Shown: positions 1-10,655, counted from the stretch's first letter. The stretch is 64,000 bases of DNA from an uncultured Gammaproteobacteria bacterium (GCA_913050095.1 CAJXAV010000001.1:564-64563); one strand, 5' to 3'. Notes: generated by a model not told the origin, from the letters alone. Translations and numbers: made by a program.

Positions 1-263
1 CACGAAGTATATTTATATTGCCACCTACACTTAAAATTCTGGAAAAAAGACTAAGAGAAAGAGCAACAGATGAGGAAAGTGTAATTTTAGAGAGACTAAA
101 GAATGCAAAAACTGAAGTTACCAAAGCACCATTATATGATTACATTTTGGTGAATGACGATTTTGATAATTCTCAAAGTCAATTAACAATTTATATAAAT
201 GATATTAATACTGATATAGCAGAGAAAATACGTAAAGAACCTTTGATAGATATTGATTTTTAA
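1..263 (+). CDS. gmk: guanylate kinase, C-terminal fragment (gene starts upstream of window)
   Basis: ORF runs in frame from the window edge; the C-terminal sequence resembles Gmk and it lies immediately upstream of rpoZ-spoT, as in the E. coli gmk-rpoZ-spoT cluster. Confidence 0.65.
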   Translation, partial: RSIFILPPTLKILEKRLRERATDEESVILERLKNAKTEVTKAPLYDYILVNDDFDNSQSQLTIYINDINTDIAEKIRKEPLIDIDF

Positions 264-308
264 AGTATTATTTACCTACACATTAATTTTTTTATAAGGG
301 TATACGGG

Positions 309-710
309 ATGGCAAGAATAACAGTAGAAGACTGCTTAGAAAAAGTAGATAACAGATTTCATTTAGTTAGAGTTGCAAGCAAACGAGCTAGGCAGTTAAT
401 GAATGGAAAAGAGCCATCACTCGAATGGGATAATGATAAAGCAACTGTTGTCGCTTTAAGAGAAATTGCAGCTGGAAATATAACTGAAGAAATGTTGGAA
501 GAAAAACCGGTAATCAACGAAGAAGACGGCATTTTTGAGCAAGCTGAGATTGATGCAGAAATTGGAGCACTATTAAGTGAAGATGCGGAATCAAGTAATG
601 AAGAATCCTTAGATGTTAAGTCAGAAGATAGCGAAATTAATAACCAAGAAGCACCTCTAGAAGCTGAAGTTATAACTCAGGATGGAATAGATACTTCTAA
701 AACAGATTAA
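309..710 (+). CDS. rpoZ: DNA-directed RNA polymerase omega subunit with a long acidic C-terminal extension
   Basis: N-terminus [30 protein letters not shown] is the canonical omega signature; it sits between gmk and spoT. Confidence 0.9.
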   Translation: MARITVEDCLEKVDNRFHLVRVASKRARQLMNGKEPSLEWDNDKATVVALREIAAGNITEEMLEEKPVINEEDGIFEQAEIDAEIGALLSEDAESSNEESLDVKSEDSEINNQEAPLEAEVITQDGIDTSKTD

Positions 711-728
711 TTTGGATAATTATATGAT

Positions 729-2912
729 ATGGCTGAGACTTCAAATTTAAAAAATCATAATTTGAACCAGCAAAGTTCGTCTAACCCCGCGCTTAATAGT
801 CTTTTAAAAAAATCAAAAACTTATTTAACTACGAACCAAATACTTCTTATCCGAGAAGCCTATACATTTAGTAATGAAAGTCACCAAGGTCAAGTGCGAA
901 AAAGTGGGGAACCATATATTAATCACCCACTTTCTGTAGCATCTATTCTTGCAGAGATGAAAATGGATGCTGTTAGCATAGCTGCTGCAATACTACACGA
1001 CGTTGTTGAAGATACAGCAGCTGGAAAAGATGATATACAAAAAAGATTTGGCTCAGAAATTGCAAAAATAGTAGATGGTGTAAGTAAAATTGATAAAAAT
1101 ATAAAATTTATATCTAGAAATGAAGCTCAGGCAGAAAATTTCAGTAAAATGATGTTAGCAATGTCTAACGATTTAAGAGTAATTTTGGTTAAACTAGCTG
1201 ATAGACTCCATAATATGAGAACTTTAGATTGTCTCTCAAAAGAAAAAAAATTAAGAATTGCCAAAGAAACTTTAGAAATTTATGTTCCAATAGCTTTAAG
1301 ATTAGGAATGAATAAATTAAGACTTGAGTTAGAAGAAATTTCTTTTAGAACTATAAATCCTTTACGATATAAAATTATTAGAAATGCAGTAAAAAACCAC
1401 AGAGGAAATAAAACCAAATTTTTAGATGACATTAAAGAAAAAATTAATGATAGATTGTCAGACTTAAATATTAAAGCCGATTTATATGCTCGACAAAAAA
1501 ATCCCTATAGTATTTATAAAAAAATGAAAAAAAAGAATTTGAGTTTTAATGCAGTTTTCGACATTTATGGTATTAGAGTTGTTGCTAGCAAAATTGATGA
1601 GTGTTACAGAATATTTGGTGCCACACATAATCTTTTTAAGCCAATACCTGGAAAATTTAAAGATTATATTGCCATCCCAAAATCAAATGGTTATCAAGCT
1701 CTTCATACGGTTCTATTTGGTCCAAATGCAATTCCTATAGAGATTCAAATAAGAACAAAAGAAATGGATCAGTTTGCTGAGTCTGGAATTGCATCTCATT
1801 GGCAATATAAGACTGGTGGTCACTCTTCAGCCCAAGCATATGCTAGAGATTGGTTGCAGAAAATCATGGAAATGAAGCAAAATACATTAAATTCCGTCGA
1901 TCTCCTTGAAAATATAAAAGTTGATTTGTTCCCAGATGAAATTTATGTTTTTACGCCAAAAGGAGAAATAAAAGAATTGCCTTACAGAAGTAGCGTTATT
2001 GACTACGCATATGCGATCCATTCAGATGTCGGAAATAAATGCACATCAGCAAAAATTAATAATATTGATGTTCCTTTAAGCACTACTTTATCTTCAGGTC
2101 AAACGGTTGAAATTATAACAACACCTTTAGGAAAGCCGAATCCGTCATGGCTAGAGTTTGTTGCAACAGTAAAGGCAAGAACAAATATAAAAAGTTACTT
2201 AAGAAATATGCAATCAGAACAAGCAGCAGACCTTGGTTTGAGAATACTAGACAAAGCTTTGTATGATTATGGGACTTCTTATACAGAAATTCCCTATCAT
2301 TCAATAAGAAGGTTATTAAATGAATATAATTTAAAAGATATAAATGATTTGTTCGTAGAAATAGGCTTAGGAAATATAGTTCCACATTTGGCTGCTCAAA
2401 ACATCGCGATTAAAAAAAGTTTTGTTAAACAAAAATATCATGATTGGGTTTCAAAAGTTTTAGGTTCTAAAAAAGTTGAAAACATCGCTATAAAAGGAAC
2501 GGAGGGATTAGTTTTAAACTATGCTAAATGTTGTAGACCAATTCCTGGAGATGAAGTTGTAGGTTTAACTTCTTCAGGCAATGGGTTTGTGGTTCATAGA
2601 TTAGTTTGTAATAATATAAAAAAAATAAAATCAAAAAAACTTTTTATAGAATGGTCAGATGATGTTGAGGGTGAATATCAAACTCAAATAAGAGTTTTTT
2701 CTGAGAAGCAAAGAGGAGTTCTTGCCAATGTTGCAGGTGTAATTTCACGACTTTCATGTAATATAGAAAATGTAAAATTTGATGAAGAACAAAACCCTTA
2801 TGCATCTTTTGTATTTACTTTAGAAGTAAAGAATAGAAAACAACTTGCAGATGTAATAAAAGAGCTAAAAAAACTAAAAAATATTAATAAAGTAATGAGG
2901 ACAGTAGGATAA
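729..2912 (+). CDS. spoT: bifunctional (p)ppGpp synthetase/hydrolase
   Basis: 727 aa; the HD hydrolase motif (ILHDVVEDT) is intact and a RelA/SpoT synthetase motif (YQALHTV) is present, with a C-terminal regulatory region; rpoZ-spoT-recG synteny. Confidence 0.85.
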   Translation: MAETSNLKNHNLNQQSSSNPALNSLLKKSKTYLTTNQILLIREAYTFSNESHQGQVRKSGEPYINHPLSVASILAEMKMDAVSIAAAILHDVVEDTAAGKDDIQKRFGSEIAKIVDGVSKIDKNIKFISRNEAQAENFSKMMLAMSNDLRVILVKLADRLHNMRTLDCLSKEKKLRIAKETLEIYVPIALRLGMNKLRLELEEISFRTINPLRYKIIRNAVKNHRGNKTKFLDDIKEKINDRLSDLNIKADLYARQKNPYSIYKKMKKKNLSFNAVFDIYGIRVVASKIDECYRIFGATHNLFKPIPGKFKDYIAIPKSNGYQALHTVLFGPNAIPIEIQIRTKEMDQFAESGIASHWQYKTGGHSSAQAYARDWLQKIMEMKQNTLNSVDLLENIKVDLFPDEIYVFTPKGEIKELPYRSSVIDYAYAIHSDVGNKCTSAKINNIDVPLSTTLSSGQTVEIITTPLGKPNPSWLEFVATVKARTNIKSYLRNMQSEQAADLGLRILDKALYDYGTSYTEIPYHSIRRLLNEYNLKDINDLFVEIGLGNIVPHLAAQNIAIKKSFVKQKYHDWVSKVLGSKKVENIAIKGTEGLVLNYAKCCRPIPGDEVVGLTSSGNGFVVHRLVCNNIKKIKSKKLFIEWSDDVEGEYQTQIRVFSEKQRGVLANVAGVISRLSCNIENVKFDEEQNPYASFVFTLEVKNRKQLADVIKELKKLKNINKVMRTVG

Positions 2913-3295
2913 TGACAAAAGAATATATTTATACAGATAAAGCGCCTTCAGCTATTGGGGCTTATTCACAAGCAGTTAAATTTGAAAATACAATATACTT
3001 ATCAGGTCAAATTCCTTTGGATCCAAAAGAAATGGTTTTAGTTTCTAGTGATATTAATGATCAAATCGAACAAGTTTTTGTAAATTTAAGCCATGTATTG
3101 AATGAAGCAGGTTCATCACTTGACAAAATATTGAAGTTGAATGTTTATTTGACAGATTTACAAAATTTTTCAAAAGTTAATGAGCATATGGAAAAAATTT
3201 TTAATAAGCCATATCCAGCTAGAGCAGCAATAGGAATAAAAGATCTCCCAAAAGGCGCGTTAATAGAAATAGATGCAATAGCTTCATCAAAATAA
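2912..3295 (+). CDS. ridA: RidA/YjgF family reactive-intermediate deaminase
   Basis: 127 aa with the conserved YjgF/RidA N-terminus (APSAIGAYSQAV...YLSGQIPLDP); 1-nt overlap with the spoT stop. Confidence 0.8.
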   Translation: MTKEYIYTDKAPSAIGAYSQAVKFENTIYLSGQIPLDPKEMVLVSSDINDQIEQVFVNLSHVLNEAGSSLDKILKLNVYLTDLQNFSKVNEHMEKIFNKPYPARAAIGIKDLPKGALIEIDAIASSK

Positions 3296-3299
3296 ATCA

Positions 3300-5363
3300 A
3301 TGGTCAAGAATCTTTTAGATCTTAAAGGTATAGGAGAAAAAGGATTAATTAAGTTAAACAGAATAGGTATAAGAACCATTGAAGATCTTCTATTTCACCT
3401 TCCAATTAGATATCAAGATAGAACAAAGATTACAAATATTTCTGAAACAATACCTGGAAAAATGTATTTTATTGAGGGAATTATAGAAAAAACTAGTGTA
3501 ATTTTTTATAAAAAAAGAATGCATATAGTAAGAATTTCAGATGGAACTGAAACAATGCAATTAAGATTTTTTTACTTCAATAAAAACCAAATCAAAAACT
3601 TTGAAATAGGAGCAAGTATTAGGTGTTATGGTGATGTAAGAAACATAAATAATATTAAGGAAATCATTCATCCAGAGTATCAATTTTTTGATAAAAAATA
3701 CCCTCCCGAACTTGATGACTATTTTACTCCAGTGTATCCACTGACAGATGGACTTCATCAAAGTAGTCTTAGAAATTTCATAAAACAATCTTTAGCACTT
3801 CTAAAATCAAAAGAAATATTATTTCCTGAAATTTTATCAAAAGAAATTTTAAAAAAATATAATTTAGTAGACATAAATTCTGCGATTTACAATATACATA
3901 TGCCAAATAAAAAAATAAGTTATGAAAACTTAGTAAACTCAGAAAATAAAAATAAAAAAAGGTTGGTATTTGAAGAACTTTTGGCACATCAATTAGTTTT
4001 TAAAAGAATAAGAGTTTTTAATAAAACACTTTCATCTTTTCAATTAAACGATAATGATAAGCCTATAAAAAAACTTATTGGCAATCTTCCATTTGAGCCA
4101 ACTAAATCTCAATTAGAAGTGATGAAAGAAATAATTAGTGATATGCAACAAGATAAACCCATGACGAGGCTCGTTCAAGGTGATGTTGGTTCAGGAAAAA
4201 CTTTAGTTGCTTTATTTGGTGCACTTCATGCTATAACAAATGGTTATCAAGTAGCTTTTATGGCCCCAACGGAAATATTATCTGTACAACATTATCAAAG
4301 TATAAAATTAATGTTAAAAGATTTTAATATCAACATAGCTTTATTATATGGCGGAATGAAAACTAAAGAAAAAGAAACTATTATTGAAGATATTAAGCTC
4401 GGCAACATAGATTTAATTATAGGTACACATGCTTTAATACAGAATCAAATAAAATTTTTTAATTTAGCATTAGTTATAATAGACGAGCAGCATAAATTTG
4501 GTGTCCACCAAAGAATGACGCTTTCGACAAAAGGTAAAAATTCAGAAACTTATCCTCATCAATTAATTTTAACTGCTACACCTATACCACGTACATTGGC
4601 TATGACTTTATATGGTAATTTAGATTACTCAATAATTAATGAAATGCCAAAAGGTAGACAAACGATAGAAACTATAGCTTTATCTGAAAGCAGAAGAAAA
4701 GAGATTTTTAAAAAAATTAGTAAAATATGTAATGAAGGTAGCCAGGTATATTGGGTATGTCCACTTATTGACGAATCTGAAGTATTAGAGTGCAAAGCGG
4801 CAACAAATACTTATGAAGAATTGCGCTTGGAACTTAAAGATATCAGTATCGGATTAATACATGGGAGAATGAAAATACAAGAGAAAGAAAAGGTTATGGA
4901 AAGTTTTAGGAATAAAAAAATAGATCTTTTGGTATCTACAACAATCATTGAGGTTGGACTAGACGTTCCAAATGCCACAGTTATGATAATAGAAAATTCT
5001 GAAAGAATGGGTTTATCACAATTACATCAATTAAGAGGGAGAGTAGGCAGAGGAGATAAAAAAAGTACATGTATACTATTATATAAAAATGGTTTAAGCG
5101 ACATAGCAAGGGATAGAATCGATATATTAAGAAGATGCACAAACGGTTTTGATATTGCTAAGGAAGATTTAGAAATTAGGGGACCCGGTGAGATATTGGG
5201 TAAAAAACAAAAAGGAGATATTAATTTTAAAATTGCAAATATAACAAGAGACTATAAATATATAAAAGAAAGTATAGAGTGTTCTAAAAGTATTTCAGAA
5301 AAAACATCTGAATTACTTGTTAAGAGATGGATTAATGAAAAAATTGAAATTGGTAAAGTATAA
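3300..5363 (+). CDS. recG: ATP-dependent DNA helicase RecG
   Basis: 687 aa; Walker A GDVGSGKT, DEQH box and helicase C motifs; conserved position after spoT. Confidence 0.9.
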   Translation: MVKNLLDLKGIGEKGLIKLNRIGIRTIEDLLFHLPIRYQDRTKITNISETIPGKMYFIEGIIEKTSVIFYKKRMHIVRISDGTETMQLRFFYFNKNQIKNFEIGASIRCYGDVRNINNIKEIIHPEYQFFDKKYPPELDDYFTPVYPLTDGLHQSSLRNFIKQSLALLKSKEILFPEILSKEILKKYNLVDINSAIYNIHMPNKKISYENLVNSENKNKKRLVFEELLAHQLVFKRIRVFNKTLSSFQLNDNDKPIKKLIGNLPFEPTKSQLEVMKEIISDMQQDKPMTRLVQGDVGSGKTLVALFGALHAITNGYQVAFMAPTEILSVQHYQSIKLMLKDFNINIALLYGGMKTKEKETIIEDIKLGNIDLIIGTHALIQNQIKFFNLALVIIDEQHKFGVHQRMTLSTKGKNSETYPHQLILTATPIPRTLAMTLYGNLDYSIINEMPKGRQTIETIALSESRRKEIFKKISKICNEGSQVYWVCPLIDESEVLECKAATNTYEELRLELKDISIGLIHGRMKIQEKEKVMESFRNKKIDLLVSTTIIEVGLDVPNATVMIIENSERMGLSQLHQLRGRVGRGDKKSTCILLYKNGLSDIARDRIDILRRCTNGFDIAKEDLEIRGPGEILGKKQKGDINFKIANITRDYKYIKESIECSKSISEKTSELLVKRWINEKIEIGKV

Positions 5364-5369
5364 ATAATA

Positions 5370-6089
5370 TTATGATATTATAACTTTTAGCATTTTATCA
5401 TTTGAAGGGTCATCTGAAACTAAAATTCTATTGTTTTTAAAAATTTTACTTACTTCTTCGCCAATTCTTTCATTACCACAAACAAAAGTAATATCTTCGT
5501 TAATTATAAATTTTATAGTTTTTATTATTTTTAAAAAGTTTTTAAATATTTCAATACTAGTTATGCAGACATGAGTAACATCTTTAAATTTTAAATTATC
5601 AATTTCGTTAATATTATTTGGTAAACATCTTTTATAAATATTGCAGTCTTTAAGAACAAAATTATTTTTTCTCAATTCTTTATTTAAAAAATCTCTTCCG
5701 CCTTCCCCTTTTATAATTAAAACAGTTTTATTATCAATTTTATTATTTTTTATCTCATCGAGTAATGATTCACTAGTAAATTTTTCTTTTGGAACGATAT
5801 CAACCTTCATATTCATACCATTTAAAAATTCTTCCGTTGACTTTCCGATTGCACCAATAGTTTTTCCTGATAAATTAGTTATTGGATATTTTTTAGCTAA
5901 TGATAAAACAGAATTTTGACTTGTAAAAATTATGAAATTTGATTTTTCTATATTTGAAATATCCTCTTTAGTAGGGGTCAAATTTTCTATTGTTATAGCC
6001 GGAAATATAAAGTTTTTTATATTTGCTTTTTTAAGCATCATAGAAAATTTTATTGACTGATCTAATTGTCTTGTTATAAGAATATTCAT
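5370..6089 (-). CDS. hemD: uroporphyrinogen-III synthase
   Basis: 239 aa immediately downstream of hemC on the same strand and abutting it with no gap; HemD-like size and composition. Confidence 0.7.
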   Translation of the reverse strand: MNILITRQLDQSIKFSMMLKKANIKNFIFPAITIENLTPTKEDISNIEKSNFIIFTSQNSVLSLAKKYPITNLSGKTIGAIGKSTEEFLNGMNMKVDIVPKEKFTSESLLDEIKNNKIDNKTVLIIKGEGGRDFLNKELRKNNFVLKDCNIYKRCLPNNINEIDNLKFKDVTHVCITSIEIFKNFLKIIKTIKFIINEDITFVCGNERIGEEVSKIFKNNRILVSDDPSNDKMLKVIIS

Positions 6090-6090
6090 T

Positions 6091-7014
6091 TTATAAAAGT
6101 TCTCTGCCTCCCTTTTCCTCTATTCCCTTAGCAACATTTAATGCTATTTCTTTAAATTCTTTTAACGAACCTTTCCCTTGATTATAAATTTTTGTTTTTC
6201 CATCTAGTGAGCCAATCATTGCTGTTAAATGTATATCGTTATTTTTTATTATTGCATTTGCACCAACAGGTGTACTGCAACTAGCTTCAAAATATTCGCT
6301 AATTATTCTTTCTGATTTAACGCATAAACTTGTTTTTTTATTATTTAATTTAGCAACTAAATTATTAATTATTTTATTATCTTTTTTTGTTTCTATTCCG
6401 ATAGCACCCTGTCCTATAGCAGGAACCCAAATTTTTTCGTCCATAAATTCTGAAATATTTTTTTCTAAACCGAGTCTTTTTACACCGGCTGCAGCTAAAA
6501 TTATCCCATCAATTTCACCATCTAATACTTTTTTTATTCTGGTATCAATATTCCCTCTCATATCGAGAATCTTGATATTTGGGTAATCATGTTTTAAATT
6601 ACAAATTCTTCTTACGCTTGAAGTTCCAATATTTGACCCCTTTGAAAATTCTTTTAAAGAATTATATTTTTTAGATATTAAAACATCTCTGCAATCCTCT
6701 CGCTCAAGTATGGAGCTTATGGTTAGGTTTTCATGCATTTCTGCTGGCATGTCTTTCATTGAATGAACTGCTAGATCGCATTCATTATTTAATAAAGCAT
6801 ACTCAAGTTCTTTTAAAAATAACGATTTTCCTCCAATATCATATAGAGGCTTATTTAATATTTTATCCCCTGACGTAGTAATCTTTATGAGTTCAATATT
6901 TATTGAATTATCAATATTTTTTAGTAATTGGCTAACTTTCCTTGCTTGCCATAACGCTAAAGGACTTTTTCTTGTAGCAATTCTTATAATTTTAGGCATT
7001 AAACTTTCGTTCAT
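6091..7014 (-). CDS. hemC: porphobilinogen deaminase (hydroxymethylbilane synthase)
   Basis: N-terminal IRIATRKSPLALWQA signature of HemC; 307 aa. Confidence 0.9.
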   Translation of the reverse strand: MNESLMPKIIRIATRKSPLALWQARKVSQLLKNIDNSINIELIKITTSGDKILNKPLYDIGGKSLFLKELEYALLNNECDLAVHSMKDMPAEMHENLTISSILEREDCRDVLISKKYNSLKEFSKGSNIGTSSVRRICNLKHDYPNIKILDMRGNIDTRIKKVLDGEIDGIILAAAGVKRLGLEKNISEFMDEKIWVPAIGQGAIGIETKKDNKIINNLVAKLNNKKTSLCVKSERIISEYFEASCSTPVGANAIIKNNDIHLTAMIGSLDGKTKIYNQGKGSLKEFKEIALNVAKGIEEKGGRELL

Positions 7015-7066
7015 ATTGTCAACTTAATGTTATACTTGTTCTAATTATATTAGATATTATTTCACA

Positions 7067-8467
7067 ATGGCAAAGAATACAAAAAAACCTTGGCAGGGAA
7101 GATTTAAAGGAAAAACGAATAAGTTCGTTGAAGATTTTACTTCGTCAATTAATTTTGATTATAGACTTGCGTATTATGATATTTTGGGCTCAGAAGCGCA
7201 TTCAAGAATGCTGAATTCGATTGGAATTTTGAATAATAGTGAACTTAAAAAAATTCTGTCTGCTCTGAAAAAGGTAAATAAAAAAATAATGAATGGTGAT
7301 ATGAAGCATAATAATTCACTAGAAGACATACATATGCATATTGAACATGAGTTAATAGAGTTAATAGGAGATACTGCAAAAAAAATTCACACTGGGAGAT
7401 CAAGAAATGATCAGGTTGCCACAGATGTAAGAATGTATGTGAGAGATGAAATTCTTACAATTTTGGATGACATAAATGAACTTCAAAAAACGATTATAAA
7501 AATAGCTGAAAAATATTCTTCTAGTATTATTCCTGGATTTACCCACTTACAGGTGGCACAGCCAGTAACTTTTGGATTCATTATGATGGCATGGTTTTTT
7601 ATGCTAGAAAGAGATAAAGAGAGATTTGTAATGAGTTTTCCTAATGTAAATCTTTGCCCTCTAGGATCTGGCGCAATGTCTGGTTCTTCCCATAAACTTG
7701 ACAGAAAATTTGTATCTGATTTCCTAATGTTTGACGGTATTACAGATAATGCTTTAGATAGTGTTAGCGACAGAGATTTTATAATAGAGTTTATAAGTAA
7801 TTCATCTTTGCTAATGACGCATTTATCAAGATTTTCAGAAGAAATTATAATATGGAATTCTACTATGTATAATTTTGTTGATTTAGATGATCAGGTATGT
7901 ACAGGCTCGTCTATTATGCCTCAAAAGAAAAATCCAGATGTTTTAGAATTAATAAGAGGAAAAACAGGAAGCATTTACGGGCAACTAATGAATATTTTAA
8001 CAATAATGAAATCCCAACCTTTTGCCTACAATAGAGATAATCAAGAAGATAAGCCAGCATTATTTAATTGCGGTGATACTATAATAAAATGTCTTAAAGC
8101 AATGAATATCTGTCTTGAAAACTTAAAGTTAAATGAAAGCATCACAAAAGAAGCTGCTAAAAAAGGCTTTTCAACAGCCACTGATTTTGCGGATTATCTA
8201 GTAAAAAAGAGTGTGCCCTTTAGAGACGCACATGAAATTGTTGGTAAGACAGTTGCATATGCAATTAGCAAAAAATTGAGCTTAGACGAATTGACTGTCG
8301 TAGAATTTAAATCATTTTGCAAAAGTATTGAATCTGATGTTTATGAATCATTAAAAGTCGAAGGCTCTGTAAATAGTAAAAAAACTTTTGGTGGGACATC
8401 AAAAAAAGAAGTACTAAGACAAATTAAAAAAGCTAAAAAACTTATAAATGCATATGAGAAGGGTTAA
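7067..8467 (+). CDS. argH: argininosuccinate lyase
   Basis: 466 aa; N-terminus WQGRF...EAHSRML and fumarate-lyase signature GSSIMPQKKNPD. Confidence 0.9.
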   Translation: MAKNTKKPWQGRFKGKTNKFVEDFTSSINFDYRLAYYDILGSEAHSRMLNSIGILNNSELKKILSALKKVNKKIMNGDMKHNNSLEDIHMHIEHELIELIGDTAKKIHTGRSRNDQVATDVRMYVRDEILTILDDINELQKTIIKIAEKYSSSIIPGFTHLQVAQPVTFGFIMMAWFFMLERDKERFVMSFPNVNLCPLGSGAMSGSSHKLDRKFVSDFLMFDGITDNALDSVSDRDFIIEFISNSSLLMTHLSRFSEEIIIWNSTMYNFVDLDDQVCTGSSIMPQKKNPDVLELIRGKTGSIYGQLMNILTIMKSQPFAYNRDNQEDKPALFNCGDTIIKCLKAMNICLENLKLNESITKEAAKKGFSTATDFADYLVKKSVPFRDAHEIVGKTVAYAISKKLSLDELTVVEFKSFCKSIESDVYESLKVEGSVNSKKTFGGTSKKEVLRQIKKAKKLINAYEKG

Positions 8468-8594
8468 AAATTTTGTAAACATATTTTTTTTCATTTTGTC
8501 CATTTTTTTTATTAATGGATGTGGGCAAACAGGAGACTTATACTTACCTGAAGAAGCAAAGAATACTTTTAAGATAAATGAATATGAAACATAA
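8454..8594 (+). CDS. lptM: small lipoprotein LptM (YifL family), 46 aa
   Basis: Below the ORF-track size cutoff. Encodes MRRVKNFVNIFFFILSIFFINGCGQTGDLYLPEEAKNTFKINEYET: a signal peptide, a lipobox Cys and the CGQxGxLYLP motif typical of LptM/YifL, which sits upstream of lysA/dapF in many gammaproteobacteria. It overlaps the argH 3' end (14 nt) and the lysA 5' end (17 nt) in different frames. Confidence 0.55.
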   Translation: MRRVKNFVNIFFFILSIFFINGCGQTGDLYLPEEAKNTFKINEYET

Positions 8595-9825
8595 AAACGG
8601 TACCTATTTAATAGATGATGTACCAATCCAAGATATTGCGAAGAAATATGGAACACCTTGTTTTGTATATTCAGAAAGCTCTATCATTAGCAATTTTCAA
8701 GAAATTAGCAATATATTTTGTAATGAAAAAAGAAGTGTTTATTATTCTGTAAAAGCTAATTCAAGTTTAACTATTCTAAAGTTATTATCAAATTTGGGAG
8801 CAGGATTTGATATTGTATCTATTGGAGAACTTAATAGGGTAATTAAGGTAGGCGCTGACCCTAAAAAAATTGTTTATTCAGGAGTTGGGAAATCTGAGAG
8901 CGACATAGAAAGTTCAATCCAGTTAGGTATAAAATGTTTGAATGTCGAATCTTTTGCCGAGCTTGAAAGAATAAATAAAGTGGCTTCTAAATTAAAAATT
9001 AAAGCGCCTGTTGCAATTAGAGTTAATCCAAATATTGACCCAGGCTCTCACGAATATATTTCTACAGGTCTAGAATCAACAAAGTTTGGTATTAATTTAA
9101 AAAATATGATGGAAGCCTTTATTTATGCAAATAAAGAAGAATATATAAACCTTATTGGTGTTGATTACCACATTGGATCACAGATAGAAACTTTAGAGCC
9201 TTTTATTGAGGCTGTTGTTTCGGTGTCTAAAATAATTAAAGAATTAGAAAATAATAAAATACATATAGATTTTATTGATATGGGTGGCGGCCTAGGAATT
9301 GATTATTCAAATAATAAAGTGCCATCAATGAGACAATTCGGGGAAGCAATTAATAAGGCTTTAATCGATAATTCTTTAGAAAATTATAATTTAATTTTAG
9401 AATTAGGAAGAAGCATTGTAGGTAATGCTGGTTATTTAATTACTAAAGTTGAGTATATTAAGAACGATAGTGAAAAAAACTATGTGATTGTTGATGCAGG
9501 AATGGATAATTTAATTAGACCAGCATTATATAATGCTTGGCATAATATAATAAGTACAAATAAAAATAGTACAGAGGAGATATTATGTGATGTTGTAGGG
9601 CCAGTATGTGAATGCGCTGATTTTCTTGGTAAAGATAGAAAGCTTGTAGTCGAGCAAGGTGATTTACTTATTATAACTTCATGTGGCGCATACGCTTCTT
9701 CAATGTCAAGTAATTACAACTCAAGACCAAGGCCATCAGAAGTTATAATAAGAAAAAATAAACCAATTTTAATTACCAAAAAAGAAAAATTAGAAGATTT
9801 ATATTCTAGAGAAATAATTATTTAA
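8578..9825 (+). CDS. lysA: diaminopimelate decarboxylase
   Basis: 415 aa PLP-dependent fold III decarboxylase (YSVKAN... motifs); lies upstream of dapF. Confidence 0.9.
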   Translation: MNMKHKNGTYLIDDVPIQDIAKKYGTPCFVYSESSIISNFQEISNIFCNEKRSVYYSVKANSSLTILKLLSNLGAGFDIVSIGELNRVIKVGADPKKIVYSGVGKSESDIESSIQLGIKCLNVESFAELERINKVASKLKIKAPVAIRVNPNIDPGSHEYISTGLESTKFGINLKNMMEAFIYANKEEYINLIGVDYHIGSQIETLEPFIEAVVSVSKIIKELENNKIHIDFIDMGGGLGIDYSNNKVPSMRQFGEAINKALIDNSLENYNLILELGRSIVGNAGYLITKVEYIKNDSEKNYVIVDAGMDNLIRPALYNAWHNIISTNKNSTEEILCDVVGPVCECADFLGKDRKLVVEQGDLLIITSCGAYASSMSSNYNSRPRPSEVIIRKNKPILITKKEKLEDLYSREIII

Positions 9826-9829
9826 TGAC

Positions 9830-10654
9830 ATGAAAAAAATAAATTTTATAAAAATGCAAAGCCTCGGAAATGATTTTGTCATTATTGATAATTTAAAAAA
9901 AAGCCATAAGTTATATAAAAAAGATATAAAAAAAATATCAGACAGACATCATGGTGTTGGTTGTGACCAAATTTTGGTTCTAGAAAAATCAATAAAAAAA
10001 GATATCGCATTTCATTACAGAATATATAACAAAGATGGTACACAATCTGGCCAGTGTGGCAATGGCGCAAAGTGTGTTGCAAGGTATTACTTTGATAATT
10101 ATTCAAAAAGAAAAAAAGAAATAAAGATTGAAACACTAACAAATAAAATGGTACTTACAAATATTAATAACAATCATATTAAAGTTGAAATGGGAGTACC
10201 AAGTTTCAATATAAAAGATAAAGTAAGTAAAAAAAATAATTTTACCTATAAAGGAAATAAGTTATTTTTTGAATCAGTTTCTATAGGAAATCCACATGCA
10301 GTATTCATCTTAAAAAATGTTGAAACTATTGATTTAGATGATTTTGCTGAAAAATTTAATAGTAAAAAAATTTTTAAAAAAGGTGTTAATATAAGTGTTA
10401 TTCAAAATATAAAAAAAAATAACTGGAAAGCTAGAATATATGAAAGGGGTTCCGGAATAACAAATGCCTGTGGTTCAGCTGCATGTGCAATTTCAGCAGT
10501 AGCAAAAAAAAATTTAGCAAACTCCTCAAAAGATATTTATATTCATATGAAAGGAGGTAAAGCACATGTGGAATGGTCTGGAAATTCAAAAGACCCAATG
10601 TACTTATTTGGTGAATCAGAATATATTTTTAATGGAACTTTAGAAATTAAGTGA
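9830..10654 (+). CDS. dapF: diaminopimelate epimerase
   Basis: 274 aa; catalytic-cysteine motifs GNGAKC and ACGSAA; dapF-yigA-xerC synteny. Confidence 0.9.
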   Translation: MKKINFIKMQSLGNDFVIIDNLKKSHKLYKKDIKKISDRHHGVGCDQILVLEKSIKKDIAFHYRIYNKDGTQSGQCGNGAKCVARYYFDNYSKRKKEIKIETLTNKMVLTNINNNHIKVEMGVPSFNIKDKVSKKNNFTYKGNKLFFESVSIGNPHAVFILKNVETIDLDDFAEKFNSKKIFKKGVNISVIQNIKKNNWKARIYERGSGITNACGSAACAISAVAKKNLANSSKDIYIHMKGGKAHVEWSGNSKDPMYLFGESEYIFNGTLEIK

Positions 10655-10655
10655 G

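Noticed and set aside
1549-2385. ORF-track entries 1549..1740 (+) and 2113..2385 (-) inside spoT
   Set aside because: They lie fully inside the well-supported spoT reading frame on alternative frames or the opposite strand; their low-complexity hydrophobic translations are typical of AT-rich spurious ORFs
3561-3987. Antisense ORFs 3561..3788 and 3778..3987 within recG; similar antisense ORFs in groEL (38853..39083, 39480..39803), polA, uvrD, surA, amtB and others
   Set aside because: All are embedded antisense or out of frame within strongly supported conserved genes, with no RBS or homology signal. Treated as noise
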